A stretch of 64,000 nt of DNA. Origin: an uncultured virus (IMG/VR IMGVR_UViG_3300025168_000050). Taxonomy: Duplodnaviria > Heunggongvirae > Uroviricota > Caudoviricetes. The stretch is taken from the IMG/VR virus record IMGVR_UViG_3300025168_000050. The stretch is one strand, 5' to 3'. Shown piece after piece: positions 24,101 through 29,443 of the stretch (positions are counted from its first letter, which is position 1; each line of letters begins with the position of its first letter). The position numbers and the translations under genes were made by a program. The notes beneath the pieces were generated by a model, which worked only from the letters and a program-made list of their open reading frames with translations, was not told the DNA's origin and ran no database searches.

Positions 24101-25903
24101 ACAGCTGCAGAGAAAGTACTAGAGAAAAAAGGATCTTTCCCTTCAAGACTAAAAGATGCAGCTAAAGAGATGTGGACTGAAACATTTACAAAACATGAAG
24201 ATAATGTTTCTTATGGAGAATATGTAGACTCTGCAGGTAACCCATTAGATTTTGTACCGGTACATTACTCAAGAGCTATAGGTAATCAGGAAGGGCAATT
24301 AAGCCCAGCAGATTTATCATACGATTTAGGATCAGGATTAAAAATGTTCTTTACTATGGCAAATAACTTTAAAGAAATGTCAGAAATACTTGATGTACTT
24401 GAAGTCGGTAAAGAATTAATAAAAACAAGAAGAGTTACTAAACTATCATCTGGAATGGCTAAGAAAGATCAGATAGGAGAAGTAGTTACTACAGCAGGTG
24501 TAGATTCTAGAGCTTATGCTAGATTAAGTGATTACTTTGATATGCAAATATACGGTAAGCGTAAAAAAGATATGGGTGCAGTAACAATTATGGGTAAAGA
24601 GATAGATATAGCACAATCATTAGATGCATTTTTACAAGCAGGTAGTTTCCGTGTCTTGGCGCTGAATAAGCACGCCGGTTTATCTAATGCAACGTTCGGG
24701 GAAATGATGAGTTTTATTGAAGGGTATGCTAATCAGCATTACGGTGTAGGAAATTACGCAAGAGCTACTGCGATTTATGCAGCAGGTATAGCAGGATTAA
24801 CTAACGATGTAATGAAAAGACAGCCTTCTTCTAAACTAGGGATGATAAATGAACTGTATGATGTACAACAACATTTTGATGAATATGGAAATAGACTAGA
24901 GCATAGAAAGATAGGTTTAAGAGCTAGTGGTTCAGCATTATTCTTTATGATGTCTCTTGGAGAGCATGTAATACAAACTCAAATGGCTGTAGCTTCAATG
25001 TTAAATACTAAATTTAAAACTAGTAAAGGAGAAGTTAATTTATATGATGCATACTCAGTAGTAGATGGACGTCTTGAATTAGATCCTGAAGTAGAGGCAC
25101 AGTTTAGTTCAGAAGATAGAGTATTATTTGCTGAGAAAAATGCAGCAGCTTATCAACGTATCCACGGTATATATAATACTAAAGACAGAAATGCTTTACA
25201 GCAATATGCAATGGGAAGATGGGCAATGCAATTCCGTAAATGGTTAAGGCCTGGTATGCTTCGTAGATTCCAAGGTGCTGAAAAATTATTTTACAATAAA
25301 GATTCTAAATTTAAAGGACCTGAATACAATGAAAGACTACAATCATTTGTTGAAGGTAATTATGTTACAGCTCTTAAATTTGTAAACAGAATAAAAAAAG
25401 AAGTATTTGCTATGAGATTCCAAACTTTACCACAGCAGTGGGAAAAACTAGAAAAGTTTGAGCAGGAAAATATTAGAAGAGCTTTAGGTGAAAGTGCGGG
25501 ATATATGATACTAGTATTATTAGGAAGCGCAGTCGGATTTGGTTACGATCCAGATGATGAAGAGGGATCAGATAACATGACTGCACTAGATTGGCAAATG
25601 CTTTATAATGTAAAAAGAGTACAAGCTGAGATGGGATTCTATACTACTTCATCATTCTTTGAGATCTTAAGAACTCCTGCAGCAAACATGACTACTATTG
25701 AAGCATATTATAAATTTATAGAGCAACTTATGAGTGATGGTTCTTCATTAATGTTTGGAGGAGACTATGACAGGTATAAGAGAGATGCAGGAAGGTATAA
25801 GAAAGATGATCCAAAAATATTAAAACGATTCCATAATATATTACCAGGTAAAGAGTTATTTACAAAGCCGGAAGATAAACTTTCATGGTTTGATTTAAAA
25901 TAA
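9119..25903 (+). CDS. Giant virion-associated DNA-dependent RNA polymerase polyprotein (5594 aa)
   Basis: Catalytic 'GSDFDIDK' (DFDID at 19313-19327) is preceded by 'YRIPTQ', and 'TDAQG' and 'DNAK' blocks are present, as in crAss-type two-barrel RNAPs. Also carries zincin-like segments and a PD-(D/E)XK domain. Confidence 0.9.
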   Translation: MGEPKKGSSLDIAKMNTTLNPITALPEDQSGPQLQSDGGPVQYPVDIENSLDVIRYTQANSNQRFQTPTVFATDYNQMPDVNWDIENVHNINKRRASEQTGLSQLGGFLNQAIIGEVVGGTLEGVGALGDAVGGLFMGQMPWESDFQNWLTDFGGDIREATKEYTPIYQQNPGKGWDPSDSGWWASNGVSVASTLSLLLPAIGVARGASYAGKGMRYLAGAGKSSRSAMVANASRKLQNAMTAGRATNFVRNSMAMGISMRHMENFREAGETWDHSFQKNLDFLQDPKNFENFINSSNGEAILKQLGITTDDPYVKDKVANHVAGQAAANSYITNWSNVGFDILQAGLWFGPMKLGTRPGKNIFGRHSTKVTKANNATLKAPKVPKTRVGKAYNYIKPIIPPALWAYSEGIEEQINFMSMQEGIRHGDIMMGNTGYENREFMSGSSWVNRMNDYASRGDFWAATAMGTIGGGIFSGIATLKNRKAQAALDQARLKEIGGRADLIQKSLEKRRKAIENGDVQGAREQDEIMALQLSLNSAQAGNMDQLEEMMNDPAFVEMLQETGQSESELATRKADLINILRTTEKKFNTYRNRATSSKWGAGVAGALTELDMSVTMYDKLIKDIDTQIEQNINDDIYNVEQYNIGPNTKQRHQLQMQKRALQDQLSKFQLAQERAEDASEDTTASKEEKEKSKALAENFNQYINNLQDQIARNETEENVLKKSSQETYEDTALREENEFLDKVDKGSLTTLANKKQLFTWHRDAAWNRLQDLLKEENPYYENESEVSALNDIAVVGKERIKEEAENNGIIDDFKEAVKNNPEMTEEQVDEFFAQYPDNVKIQEFYNEFIQSFKQAKEEQAVQQAYEENKSNLNALANQTRQEVRDEIDRKIEQLKQELFNPKLSRRDVSKRIKMEQEWRETQGRATAYLYGDAQSINMPISELFDEVTQTVGVVWGDKVGSIYRDTETNELIFRDGTTLEEYIVDESPSAHNSRYRNALGQFTQGPTLGSLDMLLRRDELLGIEINADGRTFNINGEYFNNLTDNPSDSIEYDKEGNVVSVTLTKWNGKKVTFTSPLVTYELADVIETLEAVKRTAFNNLINDDFLIIEQNGKEYIVSYEQDLFDGALVVKDIDGVTITSEEAIPVRRQANIQLSNAIQETINNIKNKYNEANSTKPAAAPRITENAFSEGQVEQGENSQKAEERITAELNAEGQTSSAGPNASQSKLDITEQGELLDVFEQDIETNQDQIQEITNEGEIPTVQNPDAVIAIEEQNAIIEATEDPKSGKTVAEEETTLITIPGATTKTKTALEKSYPEFFQPQVISVVGPNGKFTQAKDKNGMLMPIWTAPGKKGGFYFKDISELSPSELEQLEDQNNERVQLVYYNPPMLINEKPIYEGGRIVEQNTMAPWQGWDYQKKMVKGQQQVLMVVPDAVKEKDLFDFRLLNSPELGVGTKVLLRIEPEYKYYPSSNTGDMIVTVRLASDPSKVLSVLSRKTAKSRALRAKISEMGNKDIKAVITGKTPGYIINIKKDGKSIQRPIDGDMIIGIGQDQTVRYNNSDVSVSPTSYIEQGRVYIAVPSANGAMIPVRAETALLSEKAIDKVLDIITMQGVAPKEKRELVNKIVYTPVGSRQDQAFKQANSKRILAMDNLVVKIPIPGTERVIGIQYNMEGLGDKMRNNFQDAMNGKPFLFKEYDSQGNIITHELRRSEDISQFGQIPTIIRDYLATKTFNVQKHLINSKQEFFSPLQDGSFKDYNTYLSEMDIVTTDIPGGTSQRFHHSKIYVEVADKVSDNKMPAFFSEGTEVLNTTDIIVETEQDLIVETMGENVDILVDEPEVQKVSDIFGDISLTQQTSIGEELERQGNSIYYKDTEEGEGGLYNEYTTEEEAIKAFEALTQQTGGTMTVTTPTTAETYIDGTAGNQTIVEIDPNKLDEDIDIKFRKYEELDASTQLISDVEKQWFLSRFGEEGLTVMDRLKYMTLKNGKQAFGYYQRGMVTVAEMAPTGTMYWEAFRRIYDLHLTPEEKSAIEMEVIEKLQSEFQSDTIAPEIDIQTRLAEEFMKYRLNEDESGLGATIKKFFKELLYYIKNMLGMNSEIEILFRDISNRDFILPQEDAELQSQVQTPVLREKTGFTVEQVDEIVGVMNYNLKNKLQEQYGDKWLEVMKDPKLMKSVYTQLRQGFEETGTRLQASENETLKKIGNNFALVAQENNWKDKVDDLNNLVSPGFESLAVKALDNQFGIKYKIKRDGKVDTETVPFVEEATTEVESNDDVSLDEQVALNEEQSKERIHGVNYYHSSTKPTLSKDIKIELGFIKSEKGKFLGSNRYLPFDEVYAYLSVALANTPGGNVLNRLEQLAEKGHPMASEVLTVYGSSSPQWQNKFVAHFNKQNIQFKTLLLDDSGETRTILTNRNGLKNQIINIWNSNRLDSAVFQEENGENDLIDLTEVDKIRTSYDTLLPLLKNQGELTDQQHKGQYLRIMKDTLDMMGITFDNVVWEGIFNDETIKAIDLEQYMRGTNSFGAGILRALERGVSPYMAGNMESAALKNLAELAVDYTIDNYIASFMSGNKKPIYAINLNTYDSKTTLELSSDETYEAAILSRYNDVFYSPTENHRHLILDLLFKNPEVRANFALSTFDVVKEKNTASRSNAYDTMSQKLSAISRFAMFYNNGFKYGEFNTGTKGDKTQWKFLSLPKIGPENTALGLWKSGKPGLDGWYETGVQLLMPAALGEMARIAKTNDQISGNNPIALSEQIQSVHYKKNPGDQQGNGTRFVQFPQLNNPKYKIFDEGGLIRKGVNASSMAQIEELRIGLKEGLLKYLQDNVQQTITAFAEAGAINVNGTSITNESLPISALRGDIINNDITTAMTRFAVNDLVYKTYMQTTFGPDLAYYKTDDTGNPIIEAGKRAYQSITPGLEPVWNEQKQFGLKPKFSHTILKDIFKDGDTARFQKILENAGVETKEAKRIATAYTKINKTDAQGFTTLEFHKHLMESEGTWTQEHENAYDKYWTKGLMGDIASRKLLLNPRKTYYFGERLVTDSQGNNTVTFEQIKHSTIPLIREFTEMFKGTEDQVSLNNLRQRMEGTGRYKGLETIDMANFESAIKVGASGIENIDNLQGLNVEILETKNLRSPQVIETKTKAPLDGTQMAKLILSNILDSYNYNVFGGKYNGKQIKDLYNEIYAERIKRSHDSLTKELGWDTYQNTLNLTDLKARDKAQLDFLLKVKDVAINSLEERDLPDNYYLAMKIEKLVDDVNAYGFQAPLSFPPFAKRFESILLSLFKNKVLKQRFNGMSVVQVAEFGFELDTQLEIKAHKNGGVYAEVALPYELAAKLGLKPGDTVDSNVDPQLFEIMGYRIPTQGKNSMLSLKITKILPENMGGVIILPAEITTMMGSDFDIDKMYLMFPEISKAKTKINAFNAEIYSGKKEFDGVSDKALTNALFDIRQSIITSKNHVKELMDPLDSNTYTLKLAEYEKLGIVPNLSDLNINSTAADMYLEKINKDAALLIGLFSLHSTGHAVAQDMDVKLKDDFAVNIQAEGSKSHTDLSRILGFNGQFISSYISENQNEALDNAKYQRIGRAGVSVYNNGIVALLNRIGFSNEGVALDFINQPILREFFATRNLEEEKTDYAIAKDLAKKYEMLDTFELLREQTIHTPSAASLKKDLGGTLADKELAKRQTQILSDMLKYLQAGRDLAKFNMIVSPETLKNFSRLSFLEQFNNNVAYLNSEVSSINIGNTTGRIQAYINYGIKAAESFTGQFVPFNGPGFSLLKTNIAQLTGQRDTILSADLSDVINSFGLFYSLTKRTSPFGDLLYNKRDALEKKLFNKPTSLLNDVIRIKKQYNLQNDPFLGMLYNSAENTGRTQFLQTIAFNNTTKLSPAQKNKITDRWSELLMDPRAEVRNLAQDLVRYSVLTSGFMLGPNSFVDLVPMSYWKSSGLTDFFRKEERGMGYANYFDEGAAEQIIRNMFTDRNLLKTVDSKNLVTTDPMRKTLSMSQNEYFLHEDANSNLVVPSVDPLVSEYVKYFKSFNEGKFRLYKHVRDSKTGAIYEEIQPLGERFKYVEMAGETLMLESIHPLNKVVNPAPSKQLNPTITEITEEQNPGNTQSINDVMPQLTPIVKESVLADLDARLETWLLEHFNIPVEKYDNLKQKLGIDAIGAADMAMKTVQIQNDRDRYTLPEEAGHFYIEMMDQSPLKTRLFELVGQTKLYQDVLKEYKDIYTTNEQFINEAAGKVLSRYIVGQELGIEPEFVRGSGLMNTLRNLWESIKRFFRGGNTAANDLSAQLSEVLGPAAVAITSGVNPGGLSIENIGVNKYYALQPQNITGLAAQLLKRGSALAASKIPYLKNFTQRDAMNQLIGESNMISAPTEQDNYYVQDGVKMNRVSRLLEIFQDPFNQQDMAEKVAATNRGEGNVFNTADKVQKLWDFLRDDLGTGLHNMMEQIVQQQTDDVILSSVPQEQRKSFEKALPSLKAWVAGKIDSGSTLYSEVKIADKSDLLAGSVDIIEITPTGRKIIHDFKTKMRGKFGNIEQSLPSFKGALASVPNTLLNKYRLQLSLYKHIIEEKGITIDELNIVPLEADVTMNSEGTISFSNVGLATSNTPVINKLNNLKPISKKVIKGAISYISPEFDASNKKIEKEQDTVLRVFENAKNQIQRKIDFYKKSNNKEYSDQLQELYNELDEIGEKEGLIVFTKRAVRDINSAHARLKELVRNNAVTPKNLNQIYQFVKSYDSLEEITLMAPMLVESGFENMIEKYVMPAIAKKNLVYEEYKALGRPLIAEALAKLSTNPNVTVDKLEAELLTSGRDISFMARWLDSLGDSTQTELATMDKLIVLQRGKVNEATYNLMYGTKTTKSLMKLMKDLEKFQFDNGVNLYNNRAVYDFMLEVGTDGNMTGKVVTTQDSRWLELKQEFMETENFTNSKEDWASFYKENKAEDYRSQKFKDIANMAKEDPRRMFYEFYAENYMYAQKLLPTKYRKGAQLPSLRATAAEKVLEKKGSFPSRLKDAAKEMWTETFTKHEDNVSYGEYVDSAGNPLDFVPVHYSRAIGNQEGQLSPADLSYDLGSGLKMFFTMANNFKEMSEILDVLEVGKELIKTRRVTKLSSGMAKKDQIGEVVTTAGVDSRAYARLSDYFDMQIYGKRKKDMGAVTIMGKEIDIAQSLDAFLQAGSFRVLALNKHAGLSNATFGEMMSFIEGYANQHYGVGNYARATAIYAAGIAGLTNDVMKRQPSSKLGMINELYDVQQHFDEYGNRLEHRKIGLRASGSALFFMMSLGEHVIQTQMAVASMLNTKFKTSKGEVNLYDAYSVVDGRLELDPEVEAQFSSEDRVLFAEKNAAAYQRIHGIYNTKDRNALQQYAMGRWAMQFRKWLRPGMLRRFQGAEKLFYNKDSKFKGPEYNERLQSFVEGNYVTALKFVNRIKKEVFAMRFQTLPQQWEKLEKFEQENIRRALGESAGYMILVLLGSAVGFGYDPDDEEGSDNMTALDWQMLYNVKRVQAEMGFYTTSSFFEILRTPAANMTTIEAYYKFIEQLMSDGSSLMFGGDYDRYKRDAGRYKKDDPKILKRFHNILPGKELFTKPEDKLSWFDLK

Positions 25904-25910
25904 TTAGATA

Positions 25911-26276
25911 ATGAGTGAAAATTTAGAAAATTTTTTTTATGATCCAGAAGATACTGACTTAGAGATTTTATCACAAACGCAAAGAGATTCTATTAAGAGG
26001 CAGTCTATGGAAAATACATATACATTAGTTATAAATAATTATGACTTTGAGATATTTCCTGATCAGCTATTCTGGCTCTTAAGTGATTTTGATAGCTTAA
26101 CAATTTTTGATGTTTTAATAGAATACTATATAGAAACAGAAGAGTACGAAAAGTGTAGTGCCCTAAAGATCTGCAAAGAAAGAGAAATGCAGTTAAGCCG
26201 TGAGAGTAAAAAAAAACGCGGAAAGTTCACTTACACACTGCCTGATGGCGATGAGCCAGACTTACCGACCAGTTAA
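25911..26276 (+). CDS. Hypothetical protein with UVR-like 'EEYEKC' helical motif
   Basis: 121-aa ORF containing 'LIEYYIETEEYEKCSALK'. Similar to 50538..50774. Confidence 0.55.
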   Translation: MSENLENFFYDPEDTDLEILSQTQRDSIKRQSMENTYTLVINNYDFEIFPDQLFWLLSDFDSLTIFDVLIEYYIETEEYEKCSALKICKEREMQLSRESKKKRGKFTYTLPDGDEPDLPTS

Positions 26277-26849
26277 ACTAATCGGTAAATCTGTGTTAAT
26301 TCCCATCTGTTTCTTAAACTTAACCCTATCAAATAACTCTTGATTGTAACTTACAATGGGCCATACTTCTGAATTGTCTGGTAGCTGTGCGTCTAGTTTT
26401 CCTTCCCAGTACGCACGCAGTGACTGTCCTTTATCGAGGACAAACGGAATGGCGCTAGTTCTACTACGATCTTTCATTAAACGAATTTTAGCGGGGTGAG
26501 AAAACTCTGAATACTTACCTTTTAAGAATAAATCATAATCCTTCTTAAATTCTTTATTTATAGTAAATACAAACATTATGTACCTACCTCTAAATAAAGA
26601 ATAAGAAGTTTTAAAATCCTCATGCTTTTCTATTTCCTTTTCTAAGTTATAATAGCGCATATCTCCACTATATTTTGTTAACACAAAAATATCTGGAGAC
26701 TCTAAATCCCAATCTAACAAACCTGTATCGCCAAGATATACATTTGTTAAATAAGGGTTTAGATTTACACTAGAATAACCTGTTAAAGGTAATAAAAAAT
26801 CGTAAGATTTAGTTTTCGAAATTTTCTCTGATTCGAGAGATTTTATCAT
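26262..26849 (-). CDS. Conserved hypothetical protein, last gene of replication block
   Basis: 195-aa ORF overlapping the upstream nuclease gene, with a 'GKYSEFS' block. Confidence 0.6.
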   Translation of the reverse strand: MIKSLESEKISKTKSYDFLLPLTGYSSVNLNPYLTNVYLGDTGLLDWDLESPDIFVLTKYSGDMRYYNLEKEIEKHEDFKTSYSLFRGRYIMFVFTINKEFKKDYDLFLKGKYSEFSHPAKIRLMKDRSRTSAIPFVLDKGQSLRAYWEGKLDAQLPDNSEVWPIVSYNQELFDRVKFKKQMGINTDLPISLTGR

Positions 26850-27840
26850 CTGATAATTTGATTTTAATTATGCCATTATTACTATAATACTCCATTGGGA
26901 AATCCCAACGGTTGTGGTCTTGATGCCATTTAAACCTGTTTAATAAGTCCTCGAACTCATCAATGGCTATAGATAAGTCAAGATTATCAGGTTCATATAC
27001 CACACACTCACAAAGTCCAGTCGTTTGAACAACTACAATATATGACTTTATATCATATTCTAGCGGATCTTCACCCAATTCTTTAAGATACCAGTTAATG
27101 GCTTCTTTATAAATTGCAATTTGTCTATAGTATCCATAAGAACTATAAGCTCCCATAAAATTATATACAGATTTAGCGGTGGTTTTAAGATCTACTATTG
27201 TAACTAACTTATTTTCTTTGTTAAGTATTAAATTATCAATAATGGATTTAATTAAATAAGGATAATCCTTATAAGTCCAAGAAAGTTCCAACTCAGCTTG
27301 AGCATTATTCAACTCTGAGGTATTACAAATATTACTTGCTACAGCATGTCCCGCGACACTAGCAGCGCATTGTTCTATTACTGCATAATCTTCCGACGAC
27401 AAAACTAACTTGCCTCTAGATTTTCTTAAGAACTCTAAGTAATTTGAATTTTCTTCTTTTTCTAGCTTTTTTATAACACCTGCTAGTGGTGTTTTAAAAC
27501 CTGCTTTTATATAACAAGTTTCGTACAACTCATCTATTGTATTAATAACAAACTCAGCAGGTGTATCTTCTGTGTCGTCATATACTGTAGACTGTATAAA
27601 TATTTCATTCTCAACTATAGCTTGTATAAAAGAGCCCATCATACCACCAACAACTGGTATGTCTGCTACCATATATCTACTTTCAAATTTATCATTTTCT
27701 AATAAATAACAATGTATTGCAGAGCCTAATTCAAATCCTTTACTAGATCTGTTTAGTTCTTTATTTTTATATTTTACAAAATATTGTGGGCTTACTTTTA
27801 ACGCGCTAAGAGAAGAATGACTTAGGTGATCTATTTTCAT
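26809..27840 (-). CDS. PD-(D/E)XK exonuclease (RecE/DUF3799-like)
   Basis: 'LSHSSL', 'GSAIHCYLLE', 'KSIIDNL', 'IVDLKTT', 'YYRQIAIY'. Confidence 0.85.
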   Translation of the reverse strand: MKIDHLSHSSLSALKVSPQYFVKYKNKELNRSSKGFELGSAIHCYLLENDKFESRYMVADIPVVGGMMGSFIQAIVENEIFIQSTVYDDTEDTPAEFVINTIDELYETCYIKAGFKTPLAGVIKKLEKEENSNYLEFLRKSRGKLVLSSEDYAVIEQCAASVAGHAVASNICNTSELNNAQAELELSWTYKDYPYLIKSIIDNLILNKENKLVTIVDLKTTAKSVYNFMGAYSSYGYYRQIAIYKEAINWYLKELGEDPLEYDIKSYIVVVQTTGLCECVVYEPDNLDLSIAIDEFEDLLNRFKWHQDHNRWDFPMEYYSNNGIIKIKLSDDKISRIRENFEN

Positions 27841-28334
27841 TTTTTCTTAATTTTTTTCCTTTTATAAGGAGTTATAATAAATACTAATTTTCTGTCATCT
27901 ATAGTTGGTACAGGTACAAATTCTATCTCTCCTGTCTGTGGTATTGTAGCGCAATTATCATCGTCTATTAATCCCATCTCTACTATAGTATCTTGGAAAC
28001 TTTTTATCCATATCCATAGATTGTCTACATCCCATTTAGGTTTGTAGTCTTTTTTAGGTGCACGCCATCTTAGTTCTCCTTTGTACATTCTAATGTCTCC
28101 GTGATTTATAACAGTATGTAGTTCTAACTTAATTCTGAGTGGTCCCATTTTTCTAATATCTAAACCATTGGGTATCCACTGTTGGATATATCTATGCATT
28201 CTTCTTACAATCAATGCTCTTAGATGGTGGTTCATGCCAGTATATAATCTCTGGCCATTTATCTTCACATACTTTGTGTTCGTTTTCGCAACATGTGTGA
28301 TAAAGTTTGGTATTTCTATTTTCAGTTGTTTCAT
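27837..28334 (-). CDS. RusA-like Holliday junction resolvase
   Basis: 'WDVDNL..IKSFQDTIV..GLIDDDN' matches the RusA DxDN..K..D..DD pattern. Confidence 0.7.
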   Translation of the reverse strand: MKQLKIEIPNFITHVAKTNTKYVKINGQRLYTGMNHHLRALIVRRMHRYIQQWIPNGLDIRKMGPLRIKLELHTVINHGDIRMYKGELRWRAPKKDYKPKWDVDNLWIWIKSFQDTIVEMGLIDDDNCATIPQTGEIEFVPVPTIDDRKLVFIITPYKRKKIKKK

Positions 28335-28347
28335 AAGCTATTAAAGC

Positions 28348-28403
28348 GTAAGGGGACGGGCCCCCAGGTACAATGGAGGAAACCTATAGAGGCCCGTTCT
28401 TAC
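28348..28403 (-). terminator. GC-rich intergenic stem-loop (terminator or processing site)
   Basis: ACGGGCC...GGCCCGT stem extended by G-U pairs on the minus strand, between rIIB and the RusA-like gene. No clear U-tract. Confidence 0.45.
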
Positions 28404-28412
28404 TAATTATTA

Positions 28413-29423
28413 TTACGCCATCAGACTACTAGCTATTTCAGAATTCTGAGCTAACTCAGTTTCTAATTCACTAATTTGTTGTCTTTTAGCAGACTCGTAT
28501 TCTTGTAAATCTTCCTTCATTTGTTTATTATCAAATGCAGTATAGTCAGACTCTAAGAATATGTTTTCATTTTCACCGTTGTTTATAGCAACAGGAAAAT
28601 ACTCACATGTTCTCATCTTCGTATTATTGTAATCAGTCGGAACTGCTACAACATTGCGAGGACTTACAAGAACTTCTAGGATTACACCTTCACTGTATCC
28701 AAAATCATGAACATACTCCATTGATCCTACATGGAGGCCAGCGGAACAAGTACGTTCAGGATCTGAATCACAATCTTCTCTCGGCATTGTGATAGGCGTA
28801 CCGCATTTAATTACCATGCCGTGCGCACCACTATGATATGGAGCAAAAGTTAGTGATTGTGTATATTTCGACTCTTGTTCACCTGTATCAGCATCATACT
28901 TAAACTGAACCTTCTCCTCACCGGTTTCAGTATCATAAGTCTTTTTAACTTTACAAGCTTTATAAGCCAAGAAATAACCTTTATCTGTAATGGGATGACC
29001 ATTATGCTCTAAGAAACCATATAGCTGCTTTCTAACAGCTTTATCAGGGTTTAACAGTAGATGCTTCCAGAAATTTACCAAACCGTCTAACGGCACCCCT
29101 TCTTCTAACCATTGCATAAGTTTTTTGGCTAGGAAATTCGGAATAGGATCCGTTGTACCTTTAAGATACATTTTATTTCCACCATCAAACTCAAAACGGC
29201 CATCCGTTTGGTGCTGAATGCGATTTGCAGGAGTAAGTAAGGTTTTCACTTTCTCCAGTATAGCGTTTCGTTCATCTTGATCTCTTGATACATTAAAGCT
29301 TTTAGCAAGTGCTATAACTTGGTCAGCTTCTTTAAATTGTTTAGAGATGTTTTTTGGTAGTCCATCGATAATAACTTGAACGTCGTCTTTACCGATTTTA
29401 CAGACTAAATATGAATTTATCAT
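28413..29423 (-). CDS. rIIB: rIIB-like protein
   Basis: 'ITDKGYFLAYK', 'CSAGLHVGS' and 'VSPRNVVAVPTDYNNTKMRTCEY' are T4 rIIB-family signatures. Directly downstream of rIIA. Confidence 0.85.
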   Translation of the reverse strand: MINSYLVCKIGKDDVQVIIDGLPKNISKQFKEADQVIALAKSFNVSRDQDERNAILEKVKTLLTPANRIQHQTDGRFEFDGGNKMYLKGTTDPIPNFLAKKLMQWLEEGVPLDGLVNFWKHLLLNPDKAVRKQLYGFLEHNGHPITDKGYFLAYKACKVKKTYDTETGEEKVQFKYDADTGEQESKYTQSLTFAPYHSGAHGMVIKCGTPITMPREDCDSDPERTCSAGLHVGSMEYVHDFGYSEGVILEVLVSPRNVVAVPTDYNNTKMRTCEYFPVAINNGENENIFLESDYTAFDNKQMKEDLQEYESAKRQQISELETELAQNSEIASSLMA

Positions 29424-29427
29424 TTTA

Positions 29428-29435
29428 CAAATATA
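29428..29435 (-). promoter_or_regulatory. TAnnTTTG -7 element upstream of rIIB
   Basis: Minus strand reads TATATTTG-TAAA-ATG in the 20-nt rIIA/rIIB gap. Confidence 0.45.
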
Positions 29436-29443
29436 TTAATTAA

